From positions 248,001 to 312,000 of IMG/VR virus record IMGVR_UViG_3300028654_000001: a stretch of DNA of 64,000 bases. The stretch is one strand, 5' to 3'. The notes below the pieces were generated by a model. The model did not search any database and had not been told where the DNA came from. It worked only from the letters and a program-made list of their open reading frames with translations. This document shows, piece after piece, positions 43,481 through 53,169 of the stretch (position 1 is its first letter; every line of letters starts with the position of its first letter). A program made the position numbers and the translations under genes.

Positions 43481-46426
43481 CTACTTGGTGGCCTTCTCTG
43501 CTGCAGTAGCCGAGATTGTCTTGAATTGAGTTGAACGACCCTTAGAAGCAAATCTGGCTCGGATACCGTCCCCAGATTCCTTGTCGAACCCTACCCAATC
43601 AATGATATTATGGATCTCATCAGACATAGTCTTGATGATACGGGGCCGCCGCGTTAGGTCCTCCAGAAGGATCTCATAGTCCAGACCCTTGCACTTTGCA
43701 TTGAAGCTTTTGACCATCGAAGCTTCAACAGCCTGTTCGATCTCACGACCTACTAGACCATCAGCTTTCTCGGCCAAAGTAGCTAGGTTGAAGTTGGATA
43801 CATCTTGCGAGAAGTTCTTTGCATGGATCTTTATGATATCGATGAGGGTTTCCTCATCAGGGATATCGAAGAAGAACCTTTCTGGCATCCTGTTGACCAT
43901 CTCCGCGGGCATGGTCTTCAGGGAGTTGGCAGTCATCACCAAACAGGCTGGAGCATTAGATTCTTGGGTCCAGGTTGAGAGGATACCCAGCAAGCGAGAG
44001 GTGGTACCCGCATCTGATTGAGCCGATGAATCCCCACCGGATAGGCTCTTCTCAGCTTCATCTATCCACATAATGCAATTATGTGTGATCAATCCATTTG
44101 CAATAAATGAATGAGTGTCCTCACCCTCACAAACCAAGTCATAAACATCTTGAGTCCCAATGGGTTCAATGCTCTTCACCTGTACCCACCTACAATCAGC
44201 CTCAAGAATACGCTTGAGCTCAGATCCGCTAGACCCGAACTTCTCAATGTAGTTAATGAGATGACGTTCACTAACTGGAACTCTACCACTCTCATAAGAC
44301 CAGGTAACCCCAGACGAAGCACCTAAATCTGAGAACTTGGTACCAGACGCCTTTCTGGCCTCATGTAATAGTTGACCACAAGCAAACCCTGAACCTCGAT
44401 CAAAACCAATAGATGAAGAACTAATTTGTGTGGCCTTGACACTCTTTTCAACAAGGTACTCCCTAATAATTCCGGCTAAGTGAACAGCTCTACTACCGGT
44501 AATCTCCATTGAAGGGAAGTCAAACTTAGAAGGTATTACCCCCAGTGATTGGATTAGTTGACGACCCAATAACTGACGCTGAGCCCACATCTTCGGATGT
44601 TTGACAGTAAGAGCGATCTTATTACGGCCAATACATCCATCAGCATCAATCCACCCCGCAAGGAAAGCAGCTCGTACCTCCGGTGGTGCTGTCAAGATAT
44701 GCTTACGTGCTTCTCTGAGAAATTCAGCTGCTAACTGATTTGTAACTAAAGATGTCCAACAGGTTTTGAAAACTGAATCTTCAGTTAGTCCAGTTAGTAT
44801 AGGATCCTTAGAGTTATTCTCATGACGTGTTGCTTGAAGTCCAAATTGATTGATTAACCCGTGCTCAAAATAGGAGAGTAACCCCTCAGACGTGTTAACC
44901 AAACCAATTCCGTCATTAGCGCCGATGAAGCCATCACCCTCAAGTATACCTAGAACCCAACCTAGTTCTGTAGACCAAACCCTTGGGAGCTTTGGTACAA
45001 TGGCATCCCGAAAACCGCCACCCCCCCTACGAAACTCCATTCTTCCCTGGGCAGCTTCATAATTACGCATTCCAACTGGATGGAACCTAGTGCAATCTGA
45101 ATCCCCGGGATACTTGGCTATAGAAACCGCCATCATATCCCCAGGTAAAAGCTCGTCAGTGCTGACCCAATCTGGTAACCCACCTCGCATAATATAGTGG
45201 AGGTGGTTTTCTGTAGCGTTCAAGTAGTAACCATTAGCAGCATCAATACGGAAGGCTTCTGCTTGACGACATGTGATAGCACTCACCCGGGTTGAACCCA
45301 ATCGAAGTGTCTTTTCATTCCAACATTGAACGGAAAGATCAGTGGTTCCAGACAAGGACTCTTGCCATAAAACACCAATTGGTTTTGAAGTCCCATCTGC
45401 AAGAGTGACCTCGGTCTCTTCCGTCACGCATGGGGATACCGACTCCACGATCCTCAGAGCCCGATACAAGTTAGCTTCGGACTCACCCACTGCAGAGTTT
45501 CTAAGTTTTCCCATCTCGAACTGAATGAGAGGGAGCTTCCATTCTGTGGCAAGAGCCTTGGCTGAAAGTGACTTACCACAACCATAAACCCCCATGAGAA
45601 GGACCCCGCGGGGTGGTACCAAACCGAATGCCTGCCCCTCTTCAGTCCAACAAGATTGAGTACTACGTGCCCATTCTTTGAAGCACTCGGCCCCACCAAC
45701 CGAGTCAAAGCTAACTTTGCTCGAGTCGACGATCTGTACCAGATCGGTTTTCTTAATCTGGTTCCGCTTGTACTTACTAATCAAGACCGGGTCTACACGC
45801 TTTGGATCTACGGAGTCCTTCTTGGTTCTCACCACTGATTGAGTGATGGCAGCCTCTACCTCAAAGCTAGTAAACCCACGGAATAACTTGCCGATATTGG
45901 AGGGCACAGGTGTCTGAAGTTGCCTACAGAAATCTGTAACAAGAGTAGTCAACTCTTCTTCCTGGAGCCCCTTAGTGTCAACGATCTCAAAGTACCGAGC
46001 AAGCTTCTCTGGAATGACTCGCCGAGTGCTCACAAATATAAGGCACTTCACAACTCTGAGATCCACATGGAGTTGATGGATGATGTTCAGAACACGCCGG
46101 ACAGCTTGTTCATCTCGAAAGATCCTTTCAGGATCAGTGAAGATGTAGAAGTGCTCCTTGTCTTTCGGGTCATCCTTGTAGACCTGAGTAAGAGCCTCAT
46201 GGAGCTCGCGTGGAGTAGCCTCCGTATGACTCCTTTGAGTCCAATCTCTAGTCAGATCACCAATCTTCTTCAACCCGAGGCACCAATTGTAGACCCATGT
46301 TCGGTCTTCATGCTTATTCATCTGGAGTTGGAAGTCTTTGATGAAGTTATCCTCTTCATCGGTGACTACATAAACCAGACGGGTAAGTGCCCGTAGGTGA
46401 TGAACCATCTCAGCATTCAGGGTCAT
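43481..46426 (-). CDS. Ycf46-like AAA+ ATPase containing an intein
   Basis: PPRGVLLMGVYGCGKSLSAKA, VGESEAN, spliced SP|CIMWIDEAEK, TAN and RFFFDIPD motifs. Confidence 0.85.
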   Translation of the reverse strand: MTLNAEMVHHLRALTRLVYVVTDEEDNFIKDFQLQMNKHEDRTWVYNWCLGLKKIGDLTRDWTQRSHTEATPRELHEALTQVYKDDPKDKEHFYIFTDPERIFRDEQAVRRVLNIIHQLHVDLRVVKCLIFVSTRRVIPEKLARYFEIVDTKGLQEEELTTLVTDFCRQLQTPVPSNIGKLFRGFTSFEVEAAITQSVVRTKKDSVDPKRVDPVLISKYKRNQIKKTDLVQIVDSSKVSFDSVGGAECFKEWARSTQSCWTEEGQAFGLVPPRGVLLMGVYGCGKSLSAKALATEWKLPLIQFEMGKLRNSAVGESEANLYRALRIVESVSPCVTEETEVTLADGTSKPIGVLWQESLSGTTDLSVQCWNEKTLRLGSTRVSAITCRQAEAFRIDAANGYYLNATENHLHYIMRGGLPDWVSTDELLPGDMMAVSIAKYPGDSDCTRFHPVGMRNYEAAQGRMEFRRGGGGFRDAIVPKLPRVWSTELGWVLGILEGDGFIGANDGIGLVNTSEGLLSYFEHGLINQFGLQATRHENNSKDPILTGLTEDSVFKTCWTSLVTNQLAAEFLREARKHILTAPPEVRAAFLAGWIDADGCIGRNKIALTVKHPKMWAQRQLLGRQLIQSLGVIPSKFDFPSMEITGSRAVHLAGIIREYLVEKSVKATQISSSSIGFDRGSGFACGQLLHEARKASGTKFSDLGASSGVTWSYESGRVPVSERHLINYIEKFGSSGSELKRILEADCRWVQVKSIEPIGTQDVYDLVCEGEDTHSFIANGLITHNCIMWIDEAEKSLSGGDSSAQSDAGTTSRLLGILSTWTQESNAPACLVMTANSLKTMPAEMVNRMPERFFFDIPDEETLIDIIKIHAKNFSQDVSNFNLATLAEKADGLVGREIEQAVEASMVKSFNAKCKGLDYEILLEDLTRRPRIIKTMSDEIHNIIDWVGFDKESGDGIRARFASKGRSTQFKTISATAAEKATK
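44078..45430 (-). mobile_element. intein with LAGLIDADG endonuclease (451 aa) just before Walker B of the AAA+ ATPase
   Basis: Begins CVTEET, ends THN followed by C; LGILEGDG and FLAGWIDADG. Confidence 0.9.
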
Positions 46427-46461
46427 ATTCTCCTGGACTCCATCAAGTGTTCGTCAGGGTA

Positions 46462-46468
46462 TACACCA
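46462..46468 (-). promoter_or_regulatory. YGGTGTA motif upstream of the Ycf46-like gene
   Basis: TACACCA on +, 35 nt from ATG 46426. Confidence 0.4.
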
Positions 46469-46478
46469 CAAAACAGGA

Positions 46479-46514
46479 AAGGCCCACTAAATTCTTTCTA
46501 ATTTAGTGGGCCTT
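46479..46514 (-). terminator. intrinsic terminator-like hairpin
   Basis: Perfect 15-bp stem AAGGCCCACTAAATT/AATTTAGTGGGCCTT with a 6-nt loop, followed on - by TCCTGTTTTG; lies downstream of the DUF1257 gene. Confidence 0.7.
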
Positions 46515-46535
46515 CTGCCGAACAATCAGGCTTGC

Positions 46536-46880
46536 TCACGCTTCTCGTGAGCAACACAAAACGTAGACTTGCTGACCTTTTACGGTCTCAGTCTCCGTGC
46601 TCACCGTGGTACCCTTTTGGAAGTGGAACTCCTTGCGTTCGGTAACCGTGTAGTGCTGACGAAGGGCGGAAATCTTTGCATCCGTTGCATCACGGTTATT
46701 ATCTATATCGGCACCAATAACTTGACCCGTGCGGGTGTCAATGGTGGTTCCGTCGAAGGCACCAGTCTGAAGGTTGAAACGAGTCCCCTCCTGGCGGTAT
46801 TTGATACCCTGTGAATCTAGAGTCTTGGCCAGGATCTTTGTGTCCTTCATCTGAGTGGTGATACTCGCTCTGTGCGACAT
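46536..46880 (-). CDS. DUF1257 (Ycf35-like) protein
   Basis: MSHRASITTQMKDTKILAKTL N-terminus; adjacent to the Ycf46-like gene. Confidence 0.65.
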   Translation of the reverse strand: MSHRASITTQMKDTKILAKTLDSQGIKYRQEGTRFNLQTGAFDGTTIDTRTGQVIGADIDNNRDATDAKISALRQHYTVTERKEFHFQKGTTVSTETETVKGQQVYVLCCSREA

Positions 46881-46942
46881 AGTACTATACTCTCCTTGAT
46901 TGGTTGAATCTTTACCCTAATAGGTGTTCAAAGTTTAGTGGA

Positions 46943-47131
46943 TTAGCTACTGGCGATCTCGTGGACTTCATCAGCCAGATCACTGGGCAACTTTTCGTCC
47001 TTCTCTAAAGTTCCAGTCCCAGCGATGTAGTTTCGAAGGATGTGGTCACAACCCTCTGAGGTTGCACCATTAATCTTCTCAACTTCCATGTGACCGTCTA
47101 CAAAAACTCGTTCCTTCCACGTAACCGTCAT
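46943..47131 (-). CDS. DUF2997-like small protein
   Basis: VFVDGHMEVEKINGATSEGC pattern; context with DUF1257 and Ycf46. Confidence 0.55.
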   Translation of the reverse strand: MTVTWKERVFVDGHMEVEKINGATSEGCDHILRNYIAGTGTLEKDEKLPSDLADEVHEIASS

Positions 47132-47159
47132 AAATCCTCTTTTCAGTTGCTAGTACCTT

Positions 47160-47166
47160 TACACCG
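47160..47166 (-). promoter_or_regulatory. YGGTGTA motif upstream of the DUF2997 gene
   Basis: TACACCG on +, 28 nt from ATG 47131. Confidence 0.45.
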
Positions 47167-47168
47167 AT

Positions 47169-47834
47169 TCACTTTGAACCACCAAGGCGAATCGTAGCCC
47201 CCGCCTCAACAACAACTTCTGAAGAATGTCTTTGCTTCGGGGCTGCCCAAGGGTCATTGCTAGGATCCCCTTTTACACTAGGTTTACTTCCACGTCCACT
47301 ACCATTTGGGAATTCTGTCGATGAAGAAGGATTGCCCGGTAAATAAAGACCGCTACGATTCGATGTATTCATCAAAGCCAAAGATTCTAGGTTACCTCTA
47401 GCTGGAATTACTAGCGGGGTCCCGACCTCCTTAGACAGAGGTTGAGTCTCACTCTCAGGTTGATTTTCGGTACCTTCCGACTCACTGGCCTCTTTTATGA
47501 GAACCTCTTCTGTCGGTACTGCTAGGAATGAAACTGGCTGGTCAGGTTGCTCTTTTGCTGTGGGAATTTCAGAAGAAATTTCCCAAGAGTCCAAAACGGG
47601 ATGGAACTCTTTGCTGGAAATGTCCCTGAATCTAGGGTCTCCTGTCTCCATCTTCGGTACCTTAAGAAAAAGACGGTCAAGCCAAGTGGTGACCCGTCTC
47701 TCAAACTTGGTGGTTCCGTAGAGACTTCGCGTGCAATCTGGTTGAAGGCACCGATTGCACCAAAACATTTTGAAGTCCTCTGTCGGGACTTTCAACTGAT
47801 TGCATTCACCTAAGTTATCTCTACGATCTGGCAC
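47169..47834 (-). CDS. hypothetical protein with Cys-rich N-terminus
   Basis: C..WCNRC..PDC, followed by a low-complexity C-terminus. Confidence 0.6.
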   Translation of the reverse strand: MPDRRDNLGECNQLKVPTEDFKMFWCNRCLQPDCTRSLYGTTKFERRVTTWLDRLFLKVPKMETGDPRFRDISSKEFHPVLDSWEISSEIPTAKEQPDQPVSFLAVPTEEVLIKEASESEGTENQPESETQPLSKEVGTPLVIPARGNLESLALMNTSNRSGLYLPGNPSSSTEFPNGSGRGSKPSVKGDPSNDPWAAPKQRHSSEVVVEAGATIRLGGSK

Positions 47835-47842
47835 GTTAACCC

Positions 47843-50800
47843 TCAGAGGTTATGGTCATCCATCAGTACTTTGAAAAGATTCACGTTCACTTTAATTTGC
47901 AAAGCCGGATCAATCAAGGTCTCGTTGTTACCACTCTCGAGAAGATGAAGAACCCTCCCTTCTGGATCCCGACACCTCATGCAGGCTGCACTCACTTGTT
48001 TTACCGTATTCTGTGTTAGATTGTAGGGGCTGATATGGTATATTAGAACCCCATTACCATTATCAGACTTAGACTTCCCATTGCCGTTAGGTGGAACTGA
48101 AGTTCGTGCCGGAGGGAGGTTTGATGCCAGATTGGGTTCCGGAGTCTCAACTTGAATTGAAGTGGCTGTCTGTGGAACCGAAGTCTCAGTAGTAGAAGTG
48201 GTTGAACTGACTGGACTTGAGTTGGAGGGAGGAGGATCCTGCGCGGGAGGCGACTGGGGAGTCTCCCCCTTCCGCATGTAGTCTGGTACCAAATGCCCCT
48301 CTAGCCAAGGGGGTATTTGCTGATAGTACCTTCCGTTTACTTCCACGTCAGTTTTCTTAGGTGACTTGCCCTTCTCCGGAATATACCCGTGCATGATCTT
48401 GTAGTAGTCATACTTGGGATCCCAGTGCAGGTCGAGTAAGGGCTCAACCTCAAGATGGACTGGCCACCCACGAGCCATCTTCGCCGGTGAGCACATGATA
48501 TCAGTGAGGACTGGCATTACCTCCATGAGCTTCTCATGTTGTACCTCAAAAACAAGCTCATCATGTACTGTCAACAAGAACCTGACGGTATTATCCTGTA
48601 ACCACCCCATCTTGTAGAACTTCTTGTAGAGCATGACCATCGACATCTTCATGATGTCGGCACCCGAGTTCTTAGTAATAACCCCGTCAGCTTCAAATCG
48701 ATGAAGGGGATCTTTGACCGAAAGTGTGTAGGTCTCCTCCACTTGGTCAAGAATCTTGATCTTCTTGATCTTCTTGTGGCCGTAAATAGGATTCCGAAGG
48801 GTTACCCCAACTTGCTTGCATAAGTCATCAAGCGTATAAACAGTGACCTTACCCCCATTGACGAGTCGACGGTACAGAACATAGCTTGAATTGTCTCTGA
48901 AATCGGACTGTACCCACTTACCACGACTCAAAAAGTCTTGTACCAAAAAGTCAGGGGCAAACATATCATGGAACTTAGGTCCCCGGTTCTGCACCCCTTG
49001 TACATTACGCTCAAACATTCTGCGATTGATGTCAAGACGGTAACTAGTAGTATCGTCTCCGTTCTTATCAGACCCACTCCGATAGGGTCCACGAATGACT
49101 GATTCCACCCCAAGGGTACGAAGGAGCAACTTCAAGTCCTCAAGTAAGGGGCGCTGGCACAAATGGATATTGTAGGGATTCCCTTTTGCACTCACCAGTG
49201 GAGGCTTATGACCATCAGAATCCATGACACCACGGATAAAAGATTTCCGGTGCTCCAACCTCTCTTGAAGAATACGTGCTGGTAATCTCTTGGTGTGCGC
49301 TGTTGCCCCAGGGGTCAACCCTAATCGTTCAAGAAAACAAGTAAGTTCCACATTTTGGACTATCACTTGATGTCTTGTTGATTCTTTATTCTTTGGAGTA
49401 TGGGTGTTAGTCCTGAATTGCGTATTAAGCCCACAGGCCCCCCAGAAGTCTCGACACCTTTTGATAGCTATAGCCTCATGTGAACCAAAACAGGTCCTAA
49501 ATATCCCATCATTGAAGCAACCGTCTCCAATATAGCGTCCAACCCAATACCAGAACTCGGAGTGACTACCTCCAAGTTGAAAGTGTCTCTGTGCTTTTTC
49601 TACCCGAGTTACTGAATGTAGCTTAGGTGGGTTGAACTCTATAGGGTAGCAAAGTGCAGTTGCAGACCTGTCACCTGGACTCAGGTTTTTGAAGTTTATC
49701 CAAGAGTACCCAGAATCCGACACAACCAATTGTTTATGTCGAATATCACAACGAACGGTTGTTCCATCACTCAAAGTGATCTCAGCCAACCGGCACTCAC
49801 CCATAGAATGCGCTGTTGCCTTAGCCCATTTTGATCCAGTCCAAACCTGAACTAACTTATTGGCTGCAGATAAATCCCCGATCTTTTTCAACCCACTTTT
49901 GGTTGTGATAAGACTGGCATAAAAATTGCACCCCTGGATCGGATAATTCAGAGAATATCTCTCACAGGCAGCTACCACTGCCTTATCCTGGCTGTCAACA
50001 TCCGGAACAGCCATCCATCTACCGAATGCTGTATAGACCCCCTTGTCCTTCTTGACAAGAGCTTTCTGTTTTTTGACCCACTCATTGAAAATGGGCATTG
50101 CCTTATCGAATGCGGCTTTCCTCCGAGCTGCCTCCTGCTGGGTACACTTGGTAGCCCGCATGATGGCCATCGTCCCACCACCGTAAACCAAACTGAAATT
50201 CGCCATTTTTCCTTGTTGGCGTTGCTGTTTGGTGATCTCACTACCGAAAAAAGCCTTGGCCGTGATGGTATGCAAGTCCCCCGTACCCTCATTGAACTCC
50301 TTAATCCAAGCAGGCTCTCTCGATAGATTGGTGACGATTCTAAGCTCTTCACCAGCGAAGTCAATCTTGACCATCGTGTAACCCTCACGGGCTACGAAGG
50401 CTTTTCTCAATGCTGTAGCTACCTTAGGCTTCTTCTCATCATACGTGGAGGGGATGCCGTGGATCGGGATTGCACCATACCCTTGAGAAGCTTCCCCAGC
50501 CGGAGCTGTGAACCTACCTGTTGGTGCACCAGTCTGCTTGAATTGGTACCGAAGTTCTTGATTTTCATCACAATTGTTCAGCATACCTTCAAGATAAGTG
50601 CCAATGACCTTCTCTATCTGGCGATACTTGACAATTACCAATAAAATCGGGTTTATATCAGGGTGTTCTTCAACCAACTTTTCAAGAGTATCGGCATCTG
50701 TCTTGTACTGTTGAGAACCAACGGCCGAAGTCTTATCTGGCTTTGGTTCGATGTTGAGCCCCGTCGAACTAGCAAAGAGGAAGTTGCTTAGTTGTTGAGT

Positions 50801-52093
50801 GGACTGAGGGTCAAAGTTTTTGAAACCCTTGAGTTCAGCTAACCCAACAATTTGCTTGCGATAGAGGTCAGCTTCTTCCTTGGCTTCGGTGAGGAGATTT
50901 CTAACATACTCGTGATCAATCTTGATTCTCAGCCTCTCCATCCACCGTAGGACTTGGCTGACTTGTTTCTCGAGTCGATAGATGTTGGCATATCGAGGGT
51001 CCTTAGCAACCGAGAGGATGCTAGGCTTGTCACACAGTAGAAAGGTGCAGATAGCATCCGAGCAAGCGTAGTAGCGGGCCTCGCTCGGTTTCAAAGTAGC
51101 AAACTTGATCTCCCTACCCTTGACGAACAAGTCTTTCAACTTAATCATTTCATATTGGATAGGGGACCCTTTGGGATCTTCGTCGACGAGCTCGTGCAAC
51201 GGATTCTTAGGATCAGCCTTGATGTACCCTCTGATCGTAGTACCCTTCTTGTCGGTGACCCACAGATTGGCCTTAGCTTTCTCCTTGAGACCCAGTGACT
51301 TGTCACCGGTGAAGATGCAGTAGTAGATGAGAAGACCATCCTCAAAGGACTCTGGGTGCCAAAAGTCGATCCCAGTAACCGGATACAAGAATTCCTGGTC
51401 GAACTTAGCGTGCCAGAAGTAGATTTTCACTTTTCCTGGACGTTCCAAGAGAGGACTACCAAGTGGATCGGTCTTCTTCCCATCGGCGCTAATCACTGGC
51501 TGTGCTGCTAGACACAACCTTTTAATCTCTCTCCCGGCTTCAATCGGATTTACGTTGATAATCTCTTCTCCGGGAGCCGCATGGCGAACTGGAACATAGT
51601 ACCCAGTGTACCCATCGTAACTAAGACAGTAACCCACAATCTTGTGAACGGTTGTTGGAATGACATCGGGTCTGGTATCATTCCAATGCTCAACTGGAAC
51701 CTTGATCTCAGATTGTTTTTTCCAATAAATCCTATTATCTAGACCCTCAGTTTCTAAGTCGAGGGAGCACTTACCGGCTTTGATGGCTTGATCGACAATC
51801 TCAGTTAGCTCAGCCAGGGTCTCAACTACCACGAACTTGTGGTAGTTCATCCAGGCCTTCATAATGTCGGTGGCATCGGGTTCCAGATTAGCACCCATGC
51901 TTTCCATAATGGAATCGAAGTCATCCCCAGAGGTATCTGAATCTGGTGGGTTGAATTCTGGAGAACTAATCGTCTGAGGAATGGGCAAGGGTTCATCATC
52001 CCCTGTCGCTTCCGCAAGAGTTGGTGGTTGACTTGACTGAATTTCTACCTGTCCAAGAATCGCGGCCAACTCATCATCGTCAATTGACGGCAT
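47843..52093 (-). CDS. polA: family A DNA polymerase with 3'-5' exonuclease, containing an intein
   Basis: Exo DLETE, HAKFD, YACSD; TGRF; motif A KIDFAGEELRI; motif B RQQGKMANFSLVYG; NYPIQG|SGAD; motif C TVHDELVFE. Confidence 0.92.
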   Translation of the reverse strand: MPSIDDDELAAILGQVEIQSSQPPTLAEATGDDEPLPIPQTISSPEFNPPDSDTSGDDFDSIMESMGANLEPDATDIMKAWMNYHKFVVVETLAELTEIVDQAIKAGKCSLDLETEGLDNRIYWKKQSEIKVPVEHWNDTRPDVIPTTVHKIVGYCLSYDGYTGYYVPVRHAAPGEEIINVNPIEAGREIKRLCLAAQPVISADGKKTDPLGSPLLERPGKVKIYFWHAKFDQEFLYPVTGIDFWHPESFEDGLLIYYCIFTGDKSLGLKEKAKANLWVTDKKGTTIRGYIKADPKNPLHELVDEDPKGSPIQYEMIKLKDLFVKGREIKFATLKPSEARYYACSDAICTFLLCDKPSILSVAKDPRYANIYRLEKQVSQVLRWMERLRIKIDHEYVRNLLTEAKEEADLYRKQIVGLAELKGFKNFDPQSTQQLSNFLFASSTGLNIEPKPDKTSAVGSQQYKTDADTLEKLVEEHPDINPILLVIVKYRQIEKVIGTYLEGMLNNCDENQELRYQFKQTGAPTGRFTAPAGEASQGYGAIPIHGIPSTYDEKKPKVATALRKAFVAREGYTMVKIDFAGEELRIVTNLSREPAWIKEFNEGTGDLHTITAKAFFGSEITKQQRQQGKMANFSLVYGGGTMAIMRATKCTQQEAARRKAAFDKAMPIFNEWVKKQKALVKKDKGVYTAFGRWMAVPDVDSQDKAVVAACERYSLNYPIQGCNFYASLITTKSGLKKIGDLSAANKLVQVWTGSKWAKATAHSMGECRLAEITLSDGTTVRCDIRHKQLVVSDSGYSWINFKNLSPGDRSATALCYPIEFNPPKLHSVTRVEKAQRHFQLGGSHSEFWYWVGRYIGDGCFNDGIFRTCFGSHEAIAIKRCRDFWGACGLNTQFRTNTHTPKNKESTRHQVIVQNVELTCFLERLGLTPGATAHTKRLPARILQERLEHRKSFIRGVMDSDGHKPPLVSAKGNPYNIHLCQRPLLEDLKLLLRTLGVESVIRGPYRSGSDKNGDDTTSYRLDINRRMFERNVQGVQNRGPKFHDMFAPDFLVQDFLSRGKWVQSDFRDNSSYVLYRRLVNGGKVTVYTLDDLCKQVGVTLRNPIYGHKKIKKIKILDQVEETYTLSVKDPLHRFEADGVITKNSGADIMKMSMVMLYKKFYKMGWLQDNTVRFLLTVHDELVFEVQHEKLMEVMPVLTDIMCSPAKMARGWPVHLEVEPLLDLHWDPKYDYYKIMHGYIPEKGKSPKKTDVEVNGRYYQQIPPWLEGHLVPDYMRKGETPQSPPAQDPPPSNSSPVSSTTSTTETSVPQTATSIQVETPEPNLASNLPPARTSVPPNGNGKSKSDNGNGVLIYHISPYNLTQNTVKQVSAACMRCRDPEGRVLHLLESGNNETLIDPALQIKVNVNLFKVLMDDHNL
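48668..49930 (-). mobile_element. intein with LAGLIDADG endonuclease (421 aa) in PolA
   Basis: Begins CNFYAS, ends TKN followed by S; GRYIGDG and IRGVMDSDG. Confidence 0.88.
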
Positions 52094-52103
52094 AACAGAG
52101 TAC

Positions 52104-52538
52104 CTATCCTTCTACTAATTGATGAACCACTACCACTACATACACCCCTTCTCGCCACAGCTTTATGAGCTCTCCGCCTAACCTTCGAGCCTCAAGATCT
52201 TCTATCCCTGACGGCTCAAAGCACCAGGGCATGTGCTTTGACTTCGGAGTACACTTAGTTTTGTCGTGATATTGGCAGATCTTCTTTTTGTCACAATCGA
52301 AGTGTGGTAGCTTTCTAAGGGCAAATTCAGGTGCAAGCATTAGGGCTTTGAACAATGGCTTGGTCCAACCCTTGAGAGCGTGGGTCATATCCTCTTGTGA
52401 GACTACAGTAAGCAATAAAGTGATTGCAGACCCCTGAAGCGGCTTCCACTCTTGTTCCCAATTAACCCCATACTGGTAGATGAGGTACAAGGATAGGTCC
52501 TTGAGTTCGTTAGTCTTTATGGTAAGTTTTCTAGACAC
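52104..52538 (-). CDS. hypothetical Cys-containing protein
   Basis: 144 aa, lying between the primase Zn finger and polA. Confidence 0.6.
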   Translation of the reverse strand: MSRKLTIKTNELKDLSLYLIYQYGVNWEQEWKPLQGSAITLLLTVVSQEDMTHALKGWTKPLFKALMLAPEFALRKLPHFDCDKKKICQYHDKTKCTPKSKHMPWCFEPSGIEDLEARRLGGELIKLWREGVYVVVVVHQLVEG

Positions 52539-53166
52539 TTCTTAGCTTCTCAGCTATCTTCTCCAGTATCTGTCGAGCTACTTTCTCAGCCGTTTCAAGG
52601 TCAATCGTTTGATGAGCCATCCTGTAGTGTAGGTTATCAAGAATACGACCTACCGTTAGGAACCCATTCATAGTGAATGCCTCTTTGGAGCTTCGGAGTC
52701 GACACTCGCATACACCAAGCAACCGAAGAACCGCTAACTCTTCTTCGGTTGGGCCTCGTTGTACTGGCTCTCTGCTCATGTCAGGAGCCTCAGGGGTAAT
52801 GATCCCAAAAGCTTTTTCTAGACCCCGAAGAATCATGGTGAACTTCATCTCAGGATCACCACTGAACTCACGCCAGAGGCCGAATATATCCCACCTTTTT
52901 CGACAAGTGAAACAGTACAGACCTGATCTGCTATCACCTTGTTGGGGGTGAAGTCGTGCCGATGGTATAGAATCACTGTGAAACGGACATAAGATCTGTT
53001 CTTCACGGCTATCATCATGATACTTTAACTCAACCCAGAAGTGCCTTAGTACATCATGAGCTGAGACTTTATCCAGAAGAACCTCTACTCGTTGGTCAAC
53101 CCACATCTTGTAGACAGTGTTCCGATGGGAGTTCTGAAAAGCCTCTTGCATTCTCGATTGAGCCAT
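52531..53166 (-). CDS. stand-alone CHC2 zinc-finger (DnaG primase Zn-binding domain) protein
   Basis: LCPFHSDSIPSA...YCFTC...WDIF; no TOPRIM domain. Confidence 0.75.
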   Translation of the reverse strand: MAQSRMQEAFQNSHRNTVYKMWVDQRVEVLLDKVSAHDVLRHFWVELKYHDDSREEQILCPFHSDSIPSARLHPQQGDSRSGLYCFTCRKRWDIFGLWREFSGDPEMKFTMILRGLEKAFGIITPEAPDMSREPVQRGPTEEELAVLRLLGVCECRLRSSKEAFTMNGFLTVGRILDNLHYRMAHQTIDLETAEKVARQILEKIAEKLRSV

Positions 53167-53169
53167 AGG

